The notes beneath the pieces are model-generated. The model worked only from the letters and a program-made list of their open reading frames with translations, was not told where the DNA came from and ran no database searches. The translations under genes were made by a program, and so were the position numbers. DNA of 64,000 bases from Eledone cirrhosa (taxonomy: Eukaryota). The stretch spans positions 44,578,001 to 44,642,000 of the forward strand of contig OZ024744.1 of the NCBI GenBank assembly GCA_964016885.1, given 5' to 3'. Shown one piece after another: positions 28,130-45,400 of the stretch. Numbering within the stretch: the stretch's first letter is position 1; each line of letters opens with the position of its first letter.

Positions 28130-30403
28130 TGTAGCGGTTGTCTCCCTTGTTTGGATTAACATCTAGACGGGAAGTAGAACCCTTTCTGTAACTTCCGGTC
28201 AGAACCCTATAAAACTAACACTTTAAGTTCTCACTCTCTCATTTGGCTCTGCCTCTCATTGCCCTTTCGACACCAGGCCAAGAGCCTCTCATTGGCCTTC
28301 TGGCGCCTGGCTTTCGCCAGGCGTCCTCTGCCAGCCGCGTTTGCCTGGCAATCAAAACGGTAACGACTAACTTTGTTTCATTCTATCATCTATTTCTTTG
28401 ACATGCTAACTATACTATCTACCATTGTTAATTAAATATTATACACACAACAATGTATTCCTTGTTACATTCATACTACCCAGTACTCATCGCTATATTG
28501 GTAACCCTGACGTGATACGAACACGCAGCCGTTCATCGCTATAAGTGGTCATCCCGAAAAAAGAAAAAGATAGCAGATTCTGGTGTTGTGTGGGTAACAT
28601 TACGAATACACAGCAAATTTATCGACAAACTATGAGAATACTCAAAGAAACGGACACACGCACATGTGGAATTCGCGTTCAGACAGACTTTTTCTCTCAC
28701 GCATCAACTAACTGTCGCATTTCACGATATATACTCTCGTTTCTTACAACGAACACTTTCAAAACAAAAACAAAAATAAAAAAACATTTCACGATATATA
28801 TATATGTTTCTCGTTTCTTACAACGAACTCTTTCAAAACAAAAAAAAAAAGAAATTTGATATTCTTTAAAAAACATTTCAACAGGAACATTTATTTCGAT
28901 GAACCATTGCCTTTTTGTTCATCGTTTTCTTCATCGTTCAAGTTTTTTTTCCAAAGTTCACACCAATAATTATGCTGAGTGAAGCCTTTCTTTTTCATCA
29001 TTGTCACTTTCAAAATTGCACTATCATTTTCCCGCGCGTTAGAAATATTATTTTTTCAACCTTGTATTGGCACGTGTAGGCAGCACAAATTCTCGACTCA
29101 CAGAGATGTCTCGACTCACAGAGATGTCTCGACTCACAGAGATAGCCGCACGCCAGAGATAACGTTTCTCGCCAAGGATTCTTCAGCCTTAAGCTATATT
29201 CTCCTATTTGCCGGTTTAAAAATTTACTACGTAAATTTGCCGTTGAAAACTGCGCATTTATTCAGAATGCTTATTTCTTTGGTCGCTGGCCTCTTGACCC
29301 TTCCAGGTCAACGCATTCTCAACATCGACCATCAACTTCGGCTGCTATTTCTAGCACTTTGCGCAATTCAATTTTTCTAAAAAAAAATTTTTTTTTACTG
29401 TGAATATAAACACCGAATACGCTCACTCAGCGAGACAACAGCAGCAGCAACAGCAACAGCAACAGCAATATAACAGCAACAGCAATACAGCAGCAACAGC
29501 AATAGAGCAGCAACAGCAACAGAAATACAGCAGCAACAGCAGCAGCAACAGCAACATAACAGCAACAGCAGCAGCAACAGCAATACAGCAGCAACAGCAG
29601 CAGCAGCAACAGCGACAGCAATACAGCAGCAACAGCAACAGCAATATAACAGCAACAGCAGCAGCAACAGCAACAGCAATACATCAACACAGCTTCACCA
29701 ACAACCAAAGCCAGAGAATTTATTTTTGCAGCACTCTTCCTGTGAGAAAATCCATTCGGAGGTTGGAAATTTCACGATACACCACAGAACAGAGACCACC
29801 TCCATTCATTCTCTGGAACACACTTTCTTTCCTGCTGTCATGATTGCACACCTGTGAACTATATTTTGTACATTTGAACTTTGAGCCCTTCTCTTACTTT
29901 ACTACCTTGATATCTATCATTGATTTTTGCAAACATTCTTTTGTCGTAATTTTCATGCCTGTTACAACATTCTCGCCAACTTGCTACATATTTCAATTCG
30001 ATTTTTATATTCTAAAATTCTGGCGGGAGGTTATGTAGCGGTTGTCTCCCTTGTTTGGATTAACATCTAGACGGGAAGTAGAACCCTTTCTGTAACTTCC
30101 GGTCAGAACCCTATAAAACAAACAACTTTAAGTTCTCACTCTCTCATTTGGCTCTGCCTCTCATTGCCCTTTCGGCACCAGGCCAAGAGCCTCTCATTGC
30201 CCTTCCGGCGCCTGGCTTTCGCCAGGCGTCCTCTGCCAGCCGCGTTTGCCTGGCAATCAAAACGGTAACGACTAACTTTGTTTCATTCTATCATCTATTT
30301 CTTTGACGTGCTAACTATACTATCTACTATTGTTAATTAAATATTATACACACAAACAATGTATTCCTTGTTACATTCATACTACCCAGTACTCATCGCT
30401 ATA
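28130..30403 (+). mobile_element. Element B copy 3 (LTRs 28130-28497, 30034-30403)
   Basis: Matches copy 2 at +8868; one T>A difference noticed at 30120. Confidence 0.92.
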
Positions 30404-33400
30404 CCTCTATATTAAACACCACCCTATGTTACCTCAATAATGGACACCACCCTATGTTACCACTATAATAGACACCACCCTATGTTACCTCTTTATTAGA
30501 CACCACACTATGTTACCTCTATAATGACACCACCCTATGTTTTCTCTATATTAGACGCAGCCCTATATTACCTCTATAATGACACCACCTGATGTTACCT
30601 CTATATTAGACACCACCCTATATTACCTCTATATTAAACAACACCCTGTGTTTCCTCTATAATAGACACCACCCTATAATACCTCTATACTAGACACCAC
30701 CCTATGTTTCCTCGGTATTAGATGCCACCCTATATTACCTCTATAATAGACACAACCCTATGTTACCTCTATATTAGACATCACCCTATGTCAACTCTAT
30801 AATTGACACCACCCTATAACACCTCTATATTAGACACCACCCTATGTTACCGCTATAATGACACCCCCTTAAATTACCTCTATATTAGACACTACCCTAT
30901 GTTACCTCTATAATGACATCACCCTATGTTACCTCTATATTAGACACCACCCTATATTACCTCTATATTAAAAAACACCCTGTGTTTCCTCTATAATAGA
31001 CACAACACTATGTTACCTCTATATTAGACATCACCCTATGTCAACTCTATAATTGACACCACCCTATAACACCTCTATATTAGACACCACCCTCTGTTAC
31101 CTCTATAATGACACCCCCTTATATTACCTCTATATTAGACACCACCCTATGTTACCACTATATTAGACACCACCCTATGTTACCTCTATAATGACACTAA
31201 CCCTATGTTTTCTCTATATTAGACACAACCCTATATTACCTCTATAATGACACCACTCGATGTTACCTCTATATTAGACACCACCCTAGGTTACCTCTAT
31301 ATTAGACACCACCCTATATTACCTCTATATTAGACACCACAATATGTTACCTCGATATTAGACACCACCGTATGTTACCACTATAATAGACACCGCCCTA
31401 TGTTACCTCTATAATAGACACCACCCTATGTTACCTCTGTAATAGACATCACCCTATGTTACCTCTATATTAGACACCAACCTATGCTACCTCTATAATG
31501 GACATCAGCCTATGTTACCTCTATATTAGACACCACCCTATGTTACCTCTATATTAGACACCACCAGATATTACCTGCATATTAGACACCACCCTATGTT
31601 ATGTCTATATTAGAAATCACCCTATATTACCTCTATAATAGACACCACTCTATGTTACCTCTATAAGAGACACAACCCTATGTGCCTCTATAATTGACAC
31701 CACCCTATAACAACTCTATATTAGACACCACCCTATGTTACACCTATAATGACTCACACTTACATTACCTCTATATTAGACACTACCCTATGTTACTTCT
31801 ATAATGACATCACCCTATGTTACCTCTATATCAGACACCACCCTAGATTACCTCTATATTAACCTACACCCTGTGTTTCCTCTATAATAGACACCACCCT
31901 ATAATACCTCTATACTAGACAGCACCCTATGTTTCCTCTATATTAGATACCACCCTATTTTACCTCTATATTAGACATCACACTATGTCATCTCTATATT
32001 AGACACCACCCTAACTGACCTCTGTATTAGTCGCCACCCTATGTTACCTCTATATTAGACACCAACCTATGTTACCTCTATAATTGACACCACCCTATAT
32101 TACCTCTATATTAGACACCACCCTATGTTACCTCTTTATTAGACACCACCATATGTTTACTCTATATTAGACACAACCCTATATTACCTCTATAATGACA
32201 CCACCCGATGTTACCTCTATATTAGACAACACCTTATATTACCTCTATATTAGACACCACTCTATGTTACCTCTATATTAGACACCACCCTATGTTACCT
32301 CTATAATAGACAACACCCTATGTTACCTCTATAATAGACAACATGCTATGTTACCTCTATAATAGACACCGCCCTATGTTACCTCTATATTGAAGACCAC
32401 CCTATATAACCTCTATATTAGACACCACCCTATGTTACCTCTATATTAGACACCACACTATGTTACCTCTATATTAGACACCACCCTATATTACCTCTAT
32501 ATTAGACACTACCCTATATTACCTCTATAATAGACACCACCCTATATTACCCCTATATTAGACACCACCTTATGTTACCTCTATAATGACACCACCCTAT
32601 ATTACCTCTATAGTAGATACAACCCTATGTTACCTCAATACTAGACACCACCCTGTGTTACCTCTATAATAGACACCGCCCTATGTTACCTCTATAATGA
32701 CACCAGCCTATACTACCTCTATAATAGACACCGGCCTACACTACATCTATATTGGACACCACCCTATATTACCTCTATATAAGACACCACCGTATATTAC
32801 CTCCATAATGACACCACCCTATATTACCTCTATATTAGACACCACTCTATATTACCTTTATAATAGCCACCACCCTATAATACCTCTATAATAGACACCA
32901 CCCTATGTTACTTCTATAATAGACACCACCCTATATTACCTCTATACTAGACACCACACTATGTTACCTCTATAATGACACCACCCTATATTACCTCTGA
33001 AATAGACACCACACTATATTACTTCTATATTAGACACCACCCAATATTACCTCTATATTAGACACCACCCTATGTTACCTCTATATTAGACACCACCCTA
33101 TATTACCTCTATATTAAACAACACCTTGTGTTACCTCTATAATAGACACCACCCTATAATACCTCTATACTAGACACAACCCTATGTTACTTCAAATTAG
33201 ACATCACCCTATGTCATCTCTATATTAGACACCGCCCTATATTACCTCTATATTAGACACCACCCTATGTTACCTCAATAATGGACACCACCCTATGTTA
33301 CCACTATAATAGACACCACCCTATGTTACCTCTTTATTAGACACCACACTATGTTACCTCTATAATGACAACACCCTATTTTTTCTCTATTTTAGACGCA

Positions 33401-36400
33401 ACCCTTTATTACCTCTATAATGACACCACCTGATGTTACCTCTATATTAGACACCACCCTATATTACCTCTATATTAAACAACACCCTGTGTTTCCTCTA
33501 TAATAGACACCACCCAATAATACCTCTATACTAGACACCACCCTATGTTTCCTCGGTATTAGATGCCACCCTATATTACCTCTATAATAGACACAACCCT
33601 ATGTTACCTCTATATTAGACATCACCCTATGTCAACTCTATAATTGACACCACCCTATAACACCTCTATATTAGACAATAACCCTATGTTACCTCTATAA
33701 TGACACCCCCTTATATTACCTCTAAATTAGACACTACCCTATGTTACCTCTATAATGACATCACCCTATGTTACCTCTATATTAGACACCACCCTTATTA
33801 CCTCTATATTAAAAAACACCCTGTGTTTCCTCTATACTAGACACCACCCTATGTTTCCTTTGTATTAGATGCCACCCTATATTAACTCTTTAATAGACAC
33901 AACCCTATGTTACCTCTATATTAGACATCACCCTATGTCATCTCTACGTTAGACACCACCCTATCTTACCTCTGTATTAGACGCCACCATATAGTACCTC
34001 TATATTAGACACCACCCTAAGTTAACTCTATAAGGACACCACCCTATGTTTTCTCTATATTAGACACCACCCTTTGTTACCTCTATATTAGTCACCACCC
34101 TATGCTACCTCTATAATGGACACCAGCCTATTTTACCTCTATATTAGACACCACCCTATGTTACCTCTATGTTAGACACCACCCTATGTTACCTCTCTAT
34201 TAGACACTACCCTATGTTACCTCTATATTAGACACCACCAGATATTACCTGCATATTAGACACCATCCTATGTTATGTCTATATTAGACACCACCCTATA
34301 TTACCTCTATATTAGAAACCACCCTATATTACCTCTATATTAGACACCACCCTATATTACCTCTATATTAAACAACACCCTGTGTTTCCTCTATATTAGA
34401 CAACAACCTATCTTACTTCTGTATTAGACGTCACCCTATATTATCTCTATATTAGACACCACCGTATGTTACCTCTATAATGGACACCACCCTATGTTAA
34501 CTCTATATTAGACACCACCCTATGTTACCCCTATTTTAGATGCCACCCTATGTTACCTCTATAATAGACAACACCCTATGTTACCTCTATATTAGACACC
34601 ACCCTATGCTACCTCTATAATGGACACCAGCCTATGTTTCCTCTACATTAGACACCACCCTATGTTTCCTCTCTATTAGACACTACCCTATATTACCTCT
34701 ATATTAGACACCACCAGATATTACCTGCATATTACACACCACCCTATGTTATGTCTATATTAGACACCACCCTATATTACCTCTATAATAGACACCACCC
34801 TATGTTACCTCTATAATAGACACCACTCTATGTTCCTCTATATTACACACCACCCTATATTACCTCTATAATAGACACCACCCTATGTTACCTCTATAAT
34901 AGACACCACCCTATGTTCCTCTATATTAGACACCACCCTATGTTACCTCTATATTAGACACCACCAGATATTACCTCTATATTAAACAACAGCACGTGTT
35001 TCCTCTATAATAGACACCACCCTATAATACCTCTATACTAGACACCACACTATCTTACCTCTGTATTAGACGCCACCCTATATTACCTCGATATTAGACA
35101 CCACCCTATATTACCTCTATAATGGACACCACCCAATGTTACCTCTATATTAGACGCCACCATATATTACCTCTATATTAGACACCAGCCTATGTTACCT
35201 CTATAATGACACCACCCTATGTGTTCTCTATATTAAACACAATGCTCTATTACCTCTATAATGACACCACCCGATGTTACCTCTATATTAGACACCACCC
35301 TATGTTACCTCCATAATTGACACGACCATATAATACCTCTATATTAGACACCACCCTATATTACCTCTATATTAGACACCACAATATGTTACCTCTATAT
35401 TAGACACCACCCTATATTACCTATATAATAGACACCACGCTATATTACATCTATATTAGACACCACCCTAAGTTACCTTTGTAATGACTCCCCCTTATAT
35501 TACCTCTATATTAGACACTATCCTATGTTACCTCTATACTAGACACCACCCTATGTTACCTCTATAATAGACACCACCCTATGTTACCTCTGTAATATAC
35601 ACCACACTTTGTTACCTCTATATTAGTCACCACCCTATGCTGCCTCTATAATGGACACCAGCCTATTTTATGTCTATATTAGACACCACCCTATGTTACA
35701 TGTATATTAGACACCACCCTATGTTACCTCTCTATTAGACACTACCCTATATTACCTCTATATTAGACACCACCAGATATTACCTGCATATTAGACACCA
35801 CCCTATGTTATGTCTATATTAGACACCACCCTATATTACCTCTATAATAGACACCACCCTATGTTACCTCTATAATAGACACCACCCTATGTTCCTCTAG
35901 AATTGACACCACCTATAACACCTCTATATTAGACACCACCCTATATTACCTCTATATTAGACACCACCCTATATTACCTCTATATTAAACAACACCCTGT
36001 GTTTCCTCTATAATAGACACCACCCTATAATACCTCTATACTAGACGCCACCCTATGTTTCCTCAGTATTAGATACCACCCTATATTACCTCTATAATAG
36101 ACACAACCCTATGTTACTTATATATTAGACATCACCCTATGTCATCTCTATATTAGACACCACCCTATCTTACCTCTGTATTAGACGCCACCCTATATTA
36201 CCTCTATATTAGACACCACCCTATGTTACCTCTACAATGGACACCACCCTATGTTACCTCTATATTAGACACCACCCTATGTTACCTCTTTATGTGACGC
36301 CACCGTATACTACCACTATATTAGACCCCACCCTATGTTACCTCTATAATGACACCACCCTATGTTTTCTTTATATTAGACACAACCCTATATTATCTCT

Positions 36401-39400
36401 ATAACGACACCACCCGATGTTACCTCTATATTAGACACCACCCTATGTTACCTCTATAATAGACACCACCCTATGTTACCTCTATAATAGACACCACCCT
36501 ATGTTTTCTCTATATTAGACACCACCCTATGTTACCTCTATAATAGACACCACCCTATGTTCCTCTATATTAGACACCACCCTATGTTACCTCTATAATA
36601 GACACCACCCTATGTTCCTCTATATTAGACACCACCCTATGTTACCTCTATAATAGACACCACCCTATGTTACCTCTATAATAGACACCACCCTATGTTC
36701 CTCTATATTAGACACCACCCTATGTTTCTCTATAATTGACACCACCCTATAACACCTCTATATTAGACACCACCCTATGTTACCTCTATATTAGACACCA
36801 CCAGATATTACCTCTATATTAAACAACAGCACCTGTTTCCTCTATAATAGACACCACCCTATAATACCTCTATACAAGACACCACCCTATATTACCTCTG
36901 TATTAGACGCCACCCTATATTACTTCTATATTAGACACCACCCTACGTTACCTCTATAATGGACACCACCCTATGTTACCTCTATATTAGACACCACCAT
37001 ATATTACCTCTATATTAGACACCACCCTATGTTACTTCCATAATTGACACGACCATATACTACCTCTATATTAGACACCACCCTATATTACCTCTATATT
37101 AGACACCACAATATGTTACCTCTATATTAGACACCACCCTATATTACCTCTATAATAGACACCACCCTATATTACATCTATATTAGACACCACCCTAAGT
37201 TACCTTTGTAATGACTCCCTCTTATATTACCTCCATATTAGACACTACCCTATGTTACCTCTATACTAGACACCACCCTATGTTACCTCTATAATAGACA
37301 CCACCCTATGTTACCTCTGTAATATACACCACACTTTGTTACCTCTATATTAGTCACCACCCTATGCTACCTCAATAATGGACACCAGCCTATTTTATCT
37401 CTATATTAGACACCACCCTATGTTACCTCTCTATTAGACACTACCCTATATTACCTCTATATTAGACACCACCAGATATTACCTGCATATTAGACACCAC
37501 CCTATGTTATGTCTATATTAGACACCACCCTATATTACCTCTATAATAGACACCACCCTATGTTACCTCTATATTAGACACCACCCTATCTTACCTCTGT
37601 ATTAGACGCCACCCTATATTACCTCTATATTAGACACCACCCTATGTTACCTCTACAATGGACACCACCCTATGTTACCTCTATATTAGACACCACCCTA
37701 TGTTAACTCTTTATGTGAGGCCACTGTATATTACCACTATATTAGACCCCACCCTATGTTACCTCTATGATGACACCACCCTATGTTTTCTTTATATTAG
37801 ACACAACCCTATATTACCTCTATATTAGACACCACCCTATGTTACCTCTATATTAGACACCACCCTATGTTACCTCTATAATTGACACGACCATATAATA
37901 CCTATACATTAGACACCACCCTATATTACCTCTATATTAGACACCACAATATGTTACCTCTATATTAGACACCACCGTATGTTACCACTATAATAGACAC
38001 CACCCTATATTTCCTCTATAATAGACAACACCCTATGTTACTATATAATAGACACCACCCTATGTTACGTCTATAATAGACACCACCCTATGTTACCTCT
38101 ATAATAGACACCACCCTATGTTACCCCTATATTAGACACCACCCTATGTGACCTCTATATTAGACACCACCCTACGTTATCTCTCTATTAGACTCTACCA
38201 TATATTACCTCTATATTAGACACCACCAGATATTACCTGCGATATTACCAGCCTATGTTACCTCTATATTAGACACCACCCTATGTTACGTCTATAATAG
38301 ACACCAACCTATCTTCCTCTATAATTGACACCACCCTATAAATCCTCTATATTAGACACCACCCTATGTTACCTCTATAATGACTCCCCTTTATATTACC
38401 TCTATATTAGACACTACCCTATGTTATGTCTATATTAGACACCACCCTATATTACCTCTATATTAGACACCACCCTATGTTACCTCTATATTAGACACCA
38501 CCCTATGTTACCTGTTTATTACACACCACCCTATGTTACCTCTATAATGACTCCCCCTTATATTACCTCTATATTAGACACTACCCTATGTTATGTCTAT
38601 ATTAGACACCACCCTATATTACCTCTATATTAGACACCACCATATATTACCTCTATATTAGACACCACCCTATATTACCTCTCTATTAAATGACACCCTG
38701 TGTTTCCTCTATAATAGACACCCCCCCTATAATACCTCTATACTAGACACCACCCTATGTTTCCTCTGTATTAGATGCCACCCTATATTACCTCTATAAC
38801 AGAGACAACCCTATGTTACCTCTATATTAGACATCACCCTATGTTATCTCTATATTAGACACCACCCTATGTTAGCTCTGAATTAGACGCCACTCTATAT
38901 TAGACACCATCGTATGTTACCTCTATAATGGACACCACCCTATGTTAACTCTATATTAGACACCACCCTATGTTACCCCTTTATTAGATGCCACCATATA
39001 TTACCTCTATATTAGACACCACCCTATGTTACCTCTATAATGACACAAACCCTATGATTTCTCTATATTAGACACAACCCCATATTACCTCTATAATGAC
39101 ACCACCCGATGTTACCTCTATATTAGACAACACCTTATGTTACCTCTATATTAGACACCACCTTATGTTACCTCTATCATTGACACAACCATATAATACC
39201 TCTATATTAGACACCACAATATGTTACTTCTATAATAGACACCCCCCTATGTTACCTCTATAATAGACACCACCCTATGTTACCTCTATAATAGAACCCA
39301 CCCTATGTTACCTCTGTAATAGACACCACCTTTGTTACTTCTGTATTAGACACCACACTATGCTACCTCTATAATGGACACCAGCCTATGTTACCTCTAT

Positions 39401-42400
39401 ATTAGACACCACCTTATGTTACCTGTATATTAGACACCATGCTATGTTTCCTCTCTATTAGACACTACCCTATATTCCCTCTATATTAGACACCACCAGA
39501 TATTAACTGCATATTAGACACCACCCTACGTTATGTCTAAATTAGACACCACCCTATGTTATGTCTATATTAGACACCACCCTATATTACCTCTATAATA
39601 GACACCACCCTATGTTACCTCTATAATAGAAACCACCCTATAACACCTCTATATTAGACACCACCCCATATTACCTCTATATTAGACACCAGCCTATATT
39701 ACCTCTATATTAAACAACACCCAATGTTTCCTCTATAATAGACACCACCCTATAATACCTCTATACTAGACACCACCCTATATTTCCTCTGTATTAGATG
39801 CCACCCTATATTACCTCTATAATAGACACAACCCTATGTTACCTCTATATTAGACATCACCCTATGTCATCTCTATATTAGACACCACCCTATCTTACCT
39901 CTGTATTAGACGCCACCCTATATTACCTCTATATTAGACACCACCCTATGTTACCTCTATATTTGACGCCACCATATATTACCTCTATATTAGACACCAC
40001 CCTATGTTACCTCTATAATGACACCACCCTATGTTTTCTCTATGTTAGACACAACGCTCTATTACCTCTATAATGAAACCACCCGATGTTACCTCTATAT
40101 TAGACAACACCTTATGTTACCTCTATATTAGACACTACCCTATGTTACCTCCATAATTGACACGACCATATAATACTAGACGCCACCCTATATTAGAGAC
40201 CACCCTATGTTACCTCTATAATGACTCCCCCTTATATTACCTCTATATTAGACACTACCCTATAATACCTCTATACTAGACGCCACCCTATGTTTCCTCT
40301 GTATTAGATGCCACCCTATATTACCTCTATATTAGACACCACAATATGTTACCTCTATATTAGACACCACCCTATGTTACCTCTATAATAGACACCACCC
40401 TATGTTCCTCTATATTAGACACCACCCTATGTTACCTCTATAATAGACACCACCCTATGTTCCTCTATATTAGACACCACCCTATGTTTCCTCTGTATTA
40501 GACACCGCCCTATATTACCTCTATAATAGACACCACCCTATGTTACCTCTGTATTAGACACCATCCTATGTTACCCCTATATTAGACACCACCCTATGCT
40601 ACCTCTATAATGGACACCAGCCTATGCTACCTCTATATTAGACACCACCCTATGTTACCTCTCTATTAGACACTACCCTATATTACCTCCATATTAGACA
40701 CCACCAGATATTACCTGCATATTAGACACCAGCCTATGTTACCTCTATATTAGACACCACCCTATGTTACCTCTATAATAGACACCACACTATCTCCCTC
40801 TATAATTGACACCACCCTATAAATCCTCTATATTAGACACCACACTATGTTACCTCTATAATGACTCCCCCTTATATTACCTCTATATTAGACCCTACAC
40901 TATGTTACCTCTATAATGACATCACCCTATGTTACCTCTATATTAGACACCACCCTATATTACCTCTCTATTAAACAACACCCTGTGTTTCCTCTATAAT
41001 AGACACCACCCTTTAATACCTCTGTTTCCTATGTATTAGATGCCACCCTATATTACCTCTATAATAGTCACAGCCCTATGTTACCTCTATATTAGAAATC
41101 ACCCTATGTCATCTCTATATTAGACACCACCCTATCTTACCTCTATATTAGGATGCCACCCCATATTACCCCTATATTAGACACCACCCTATGTTACCGC
41201 TATATTAGACACTACCCTATATTACCTCTATATTATACACCACCAGATATTACCTGCATATTAGACACCACCCTATGTTATGTCTATATTAGACACCACC
41301 CTATATTACCTCTATAATAGACACCACCCTATATTACCTCTATATTAGACAACACCCTATGTTATGTCTATATTAGACACCACCCTATGTTACCTCTATA
41401 ATAGACACCACCCTATGTTCCTCAATAATTGACACCACCCTATAACACCTCTATATTCGAGACCACCCTATGTTACCTCTATAATGACATCACCTTATGT
41501 TACCTCTATATTAGACACCACCCTATATTACCTCTATAATAGACACCACCCTATATTACCTCTATAATAGACACCACCCTATAATACCTCTATACTAGAC
41601 ACCACCGTATGTTTCCTCTGTATTAGATGCCACCCTATATTACCTCTATAATAGTCACAACCCTATGTTACGTCTATATTAGACATCACCCTATGTCATC
41701 TCTATATTAGACACCACCCTATGTTACCTCTTTATTAGACGCCACCATATATTACCACTATATTAGACACCACCTTATGTTACATCCATATTAGACACAA
41801 CCCTATATTACCTCTATAATGACACCACCCGATGTTACCTCTATATTAGACAACACCTTATGTTACCTCTATATTAGACACCACCCTTTGTTACCTCTAT
41901 AATGGACACCACCCGATGTTACCTCTATATTAGACAACACCTTATGTTACCTCTATATTAGACACCACCTTATGTTACCTCTATCATTGACACAACCATA
42001 TAATACCTCTATATTAGACACCACAATATGTTACTTCTATAATAGACACCCCCCTATGTTACCTCTATAATAGACACCACCCTATGTTACCTCTATAATA
42101 GAACCCACCCTATGTTACCTCTGTAATAGACACCACCTTTGTTACTTCTGTATTAGACACCACACTATGCTACCTCTATAATGGACACCAGCCTATGTTA
42201 CCTCTATATTAGACACCACCTTATGTTACCTGTATATTAGACACCATGCTATGTTTCCTCTCTATTAGACACTACCCTATATTCCCTCTATATTAGACAC
42301 CACCAGATATTAACTGCATATTAGACACCACCCTACGTTATGTCTAAATTAGACACCACCCTATGTTATGTCTATATTAGACACCACCCTATATTACCTC

Positions 42401-45400
42401 TATAATAGACACCACCCTATGTTACCTCTATAATAGAAACCACCCTATAACACCTCTATATTAGACACCACCCCATATTACCTCTATATTAGACACCAGC
42501 CTATATTACCTCTATATTAAACAACACCCAATGTTTCCTCTATAATAGACACCACCCTATAATACCTCTATACTAGACACCACCCTATATTTCCTCTGTA
42601 TTAGATGCCACCCTATATTACCTCTATAATAGACACAACCCTATGTTACCTCTATATTAGACATCACCCTATGTCATCTCTATATTAGACACCACCCTAT
42701 CTTACCTCTGTATTAGACGCCACCCTATATTACCTCTATATTAGACACCACCCTATGTTACCTCTATATTTGACGCCACCATATATTACCTCTATATTAG
42801 ACACCACCCTATGTTACCTCTATAATGACACCACCCTATGTTTTCTCTATGTTAGACACAACGCTCTATTACCTCTATAATGAAACCACCCGATGTTACC
42901 TCTATATTAGACAACACCTTATGTTACCTCTATATTAGACACTACCCTATGTTACCTCCATAATTGACACGACCATATAATACTAGACGCCACCCTATAT
43001 TAGAGACCACCCTATGTTACCTCTATAATGACTCCCCCTTATATTACCTCTATATTAGACACTAGCCTATAATACCTCTATACTAGACGCCACCCTATGT
43101 TTCCTCTGTATTAGATGCCACCCTATATTACCTCTATATTAGACACCACAATATGTTACCTCTATATTAGACACCACCCTATGTTACCTCTATAATAGAC
43201 ACCACCCTATGTTCCTCTATATTAGACACCACCCTATGTTACCTCTATAATAGACACCACCCTATGTTCCTCTATATTAGACACCACCCTATGTTTCCTC
43301 TGTATTAGACACCGCCCTATATTACCTCTATAATAGACACCACCCTATGTTACCTCTGTATTAGACACCACCCTATGTTACCCCTATATTAGACACCACC
43401 CTATGCTACCTCTATAATGGACACCAGCCTATGCTACCTCTATATTAGACACCACCCTATGTTACCTCTATATTAGACACCACCCTATGTTACCTCTCTA
43501 TTAGACACTACCCTATATTACCTCCATATTAGACACCACCAGATATTACCTGCATATTAGACACCAGCCTATGTTACCTCTATATTAGACACCACCCTAT
43601 GTTACCTCTATAATAGACACCACACTATCTCCCTCTATAATTGACACCACCCTATAAATCCTCTATATTAGACACCACACTATGTTACCTCTATAATGAC
43701 TCCCCCTTATATTACCTCTATATTAGACCCTACACTATGTTACCTCTATAATGACATCACCCTATGTTACCTCTATATTAGACACCACCCTATATTACCT
43801 CTCTATTAAACAACACCCTGTGTTTCCTCTATAATAGACACCACCCTTTAATACCTCTGTTTCCTATGTATTAGATGCCACCCTATATTACCTCTATAAT
43901 AGTCACAGCCCTATGTTACCTCTATATTAGAAATCACCCTATGTCATCTCTATATTAGACACCACCCTATCTTACCTCTATATTAGGATGCCACCCCATA
44001 TTACCCCTATATTAGACACCACCCTATGTTACCGCTATATTAGACACTACCCTATATTACCTCTATATTATACACCACCAGATATTACCTGCATATTAGA
44101 CACCACCCTATGTTATGTCTATATTAGACACCACCCTATATTACCTCTATAATAGACACCACCCTATATTACCTCTATATTAGACAACACCCTATGTTAT
44201 GTCTATATTAGACACCACCCTATGTTACCTCTATAATAGACACCACCCTATGTTCCTCAATAATTGACACCACCCTATAACACCTCTATATTCGAGACCA
44301 CCCTATGTTACCTCTATAATGACATCACCTTATGTTACCTCTATATTAGACACCACCCTATATTACCTCTATAATAGACACCACCCTATATTACCTCTAT
44401 AATAGACACCACCCTATAATACCTCTATACTAGACACCACCGTATGTTTCCTCTGTATTAGATGCCACCCTATATTACCTCTATAATAGTCACAACCCTA
44501 TGTTACGTCTATATTAGACATCACCCTATGTCATCTCTATATTAGACACCACCCTATGTTACCTCTTTATTAGACGCCACCATATATTACCACTATATTA
44601 GACACCACCCTATGTTACATCCATATTAGACACAACCCTATATTACCTCTATAATGACACCACCCGATGTTACCTCTATATTAGACAACACCTTATGTTA
44701 CCTCTATATTAGACACCACCCTTTGTTACCTCTATAATGGACACCACCCTATGTTACCTCTATATTAGACAGCACGCTATGTTACCTCTATAATTGACAC
44801 AAGCATATAATACCTCTATATTAGACACCACCAGATATTACCTCCATATTAGACACTACCCTATGTTACCTCTATACTAGACACCACCCTATGTTACCTC
44901 TATAATAGACACCACCCTATGTTACCTCTGTAATATACACCACACTTTGTTACCTCTATATTAGTCACCACCCTATGCTACCTCAATAATGGACACCAGC
45001 CTATTTTATCTCTATATTAGACACCACCCTATGTTACCTCTCTATTAGACACTACCCTATATTACCTCTATATTAGACACCACCAGATATTACCTGCATA
45101 TTAGACACCACCCTATGTTATGTCTATATTAGACACCACCCTATATTACCTCTATAATAGACACCACCCTATGTTACCTCTATATTAGACACCACCCTAT
45201 CTTACCTCTGTATTAGACGCCACCCTATATTACCTCTATATTAGACACCACCCTATGTTACCTCTACAATGGACACCACCCTATGTTACCTCTATATTAG
45301 ACACCACCCTATGTTAACTCTTTATGTGAGGCCACTGTATATTACCACTATATTAGACCCCACCCTATGTTACCTCTATGATGACACCACCCTATGTTTT

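Larger units (their letters stand above)
8200..34815. repeat. Higher-order tandem triplication, unit ~8868-8896 bp (satellite plus element B)
   Basis: Identical ORF-track entries at 10781/19677/28545 and 14961/23829/32697; rare monomer variants recur at these offsets; boundaries approximate (~8.2, 17.08, 25.95, 34.82 kb). Confidence 0.92.

Noticed and set aside
10366-30403. Three independent transpositions of element B
   Set aside because: Identical insertion site, TSD, flanking satellite variants and LTR-pair differences indicate segmental triplication.
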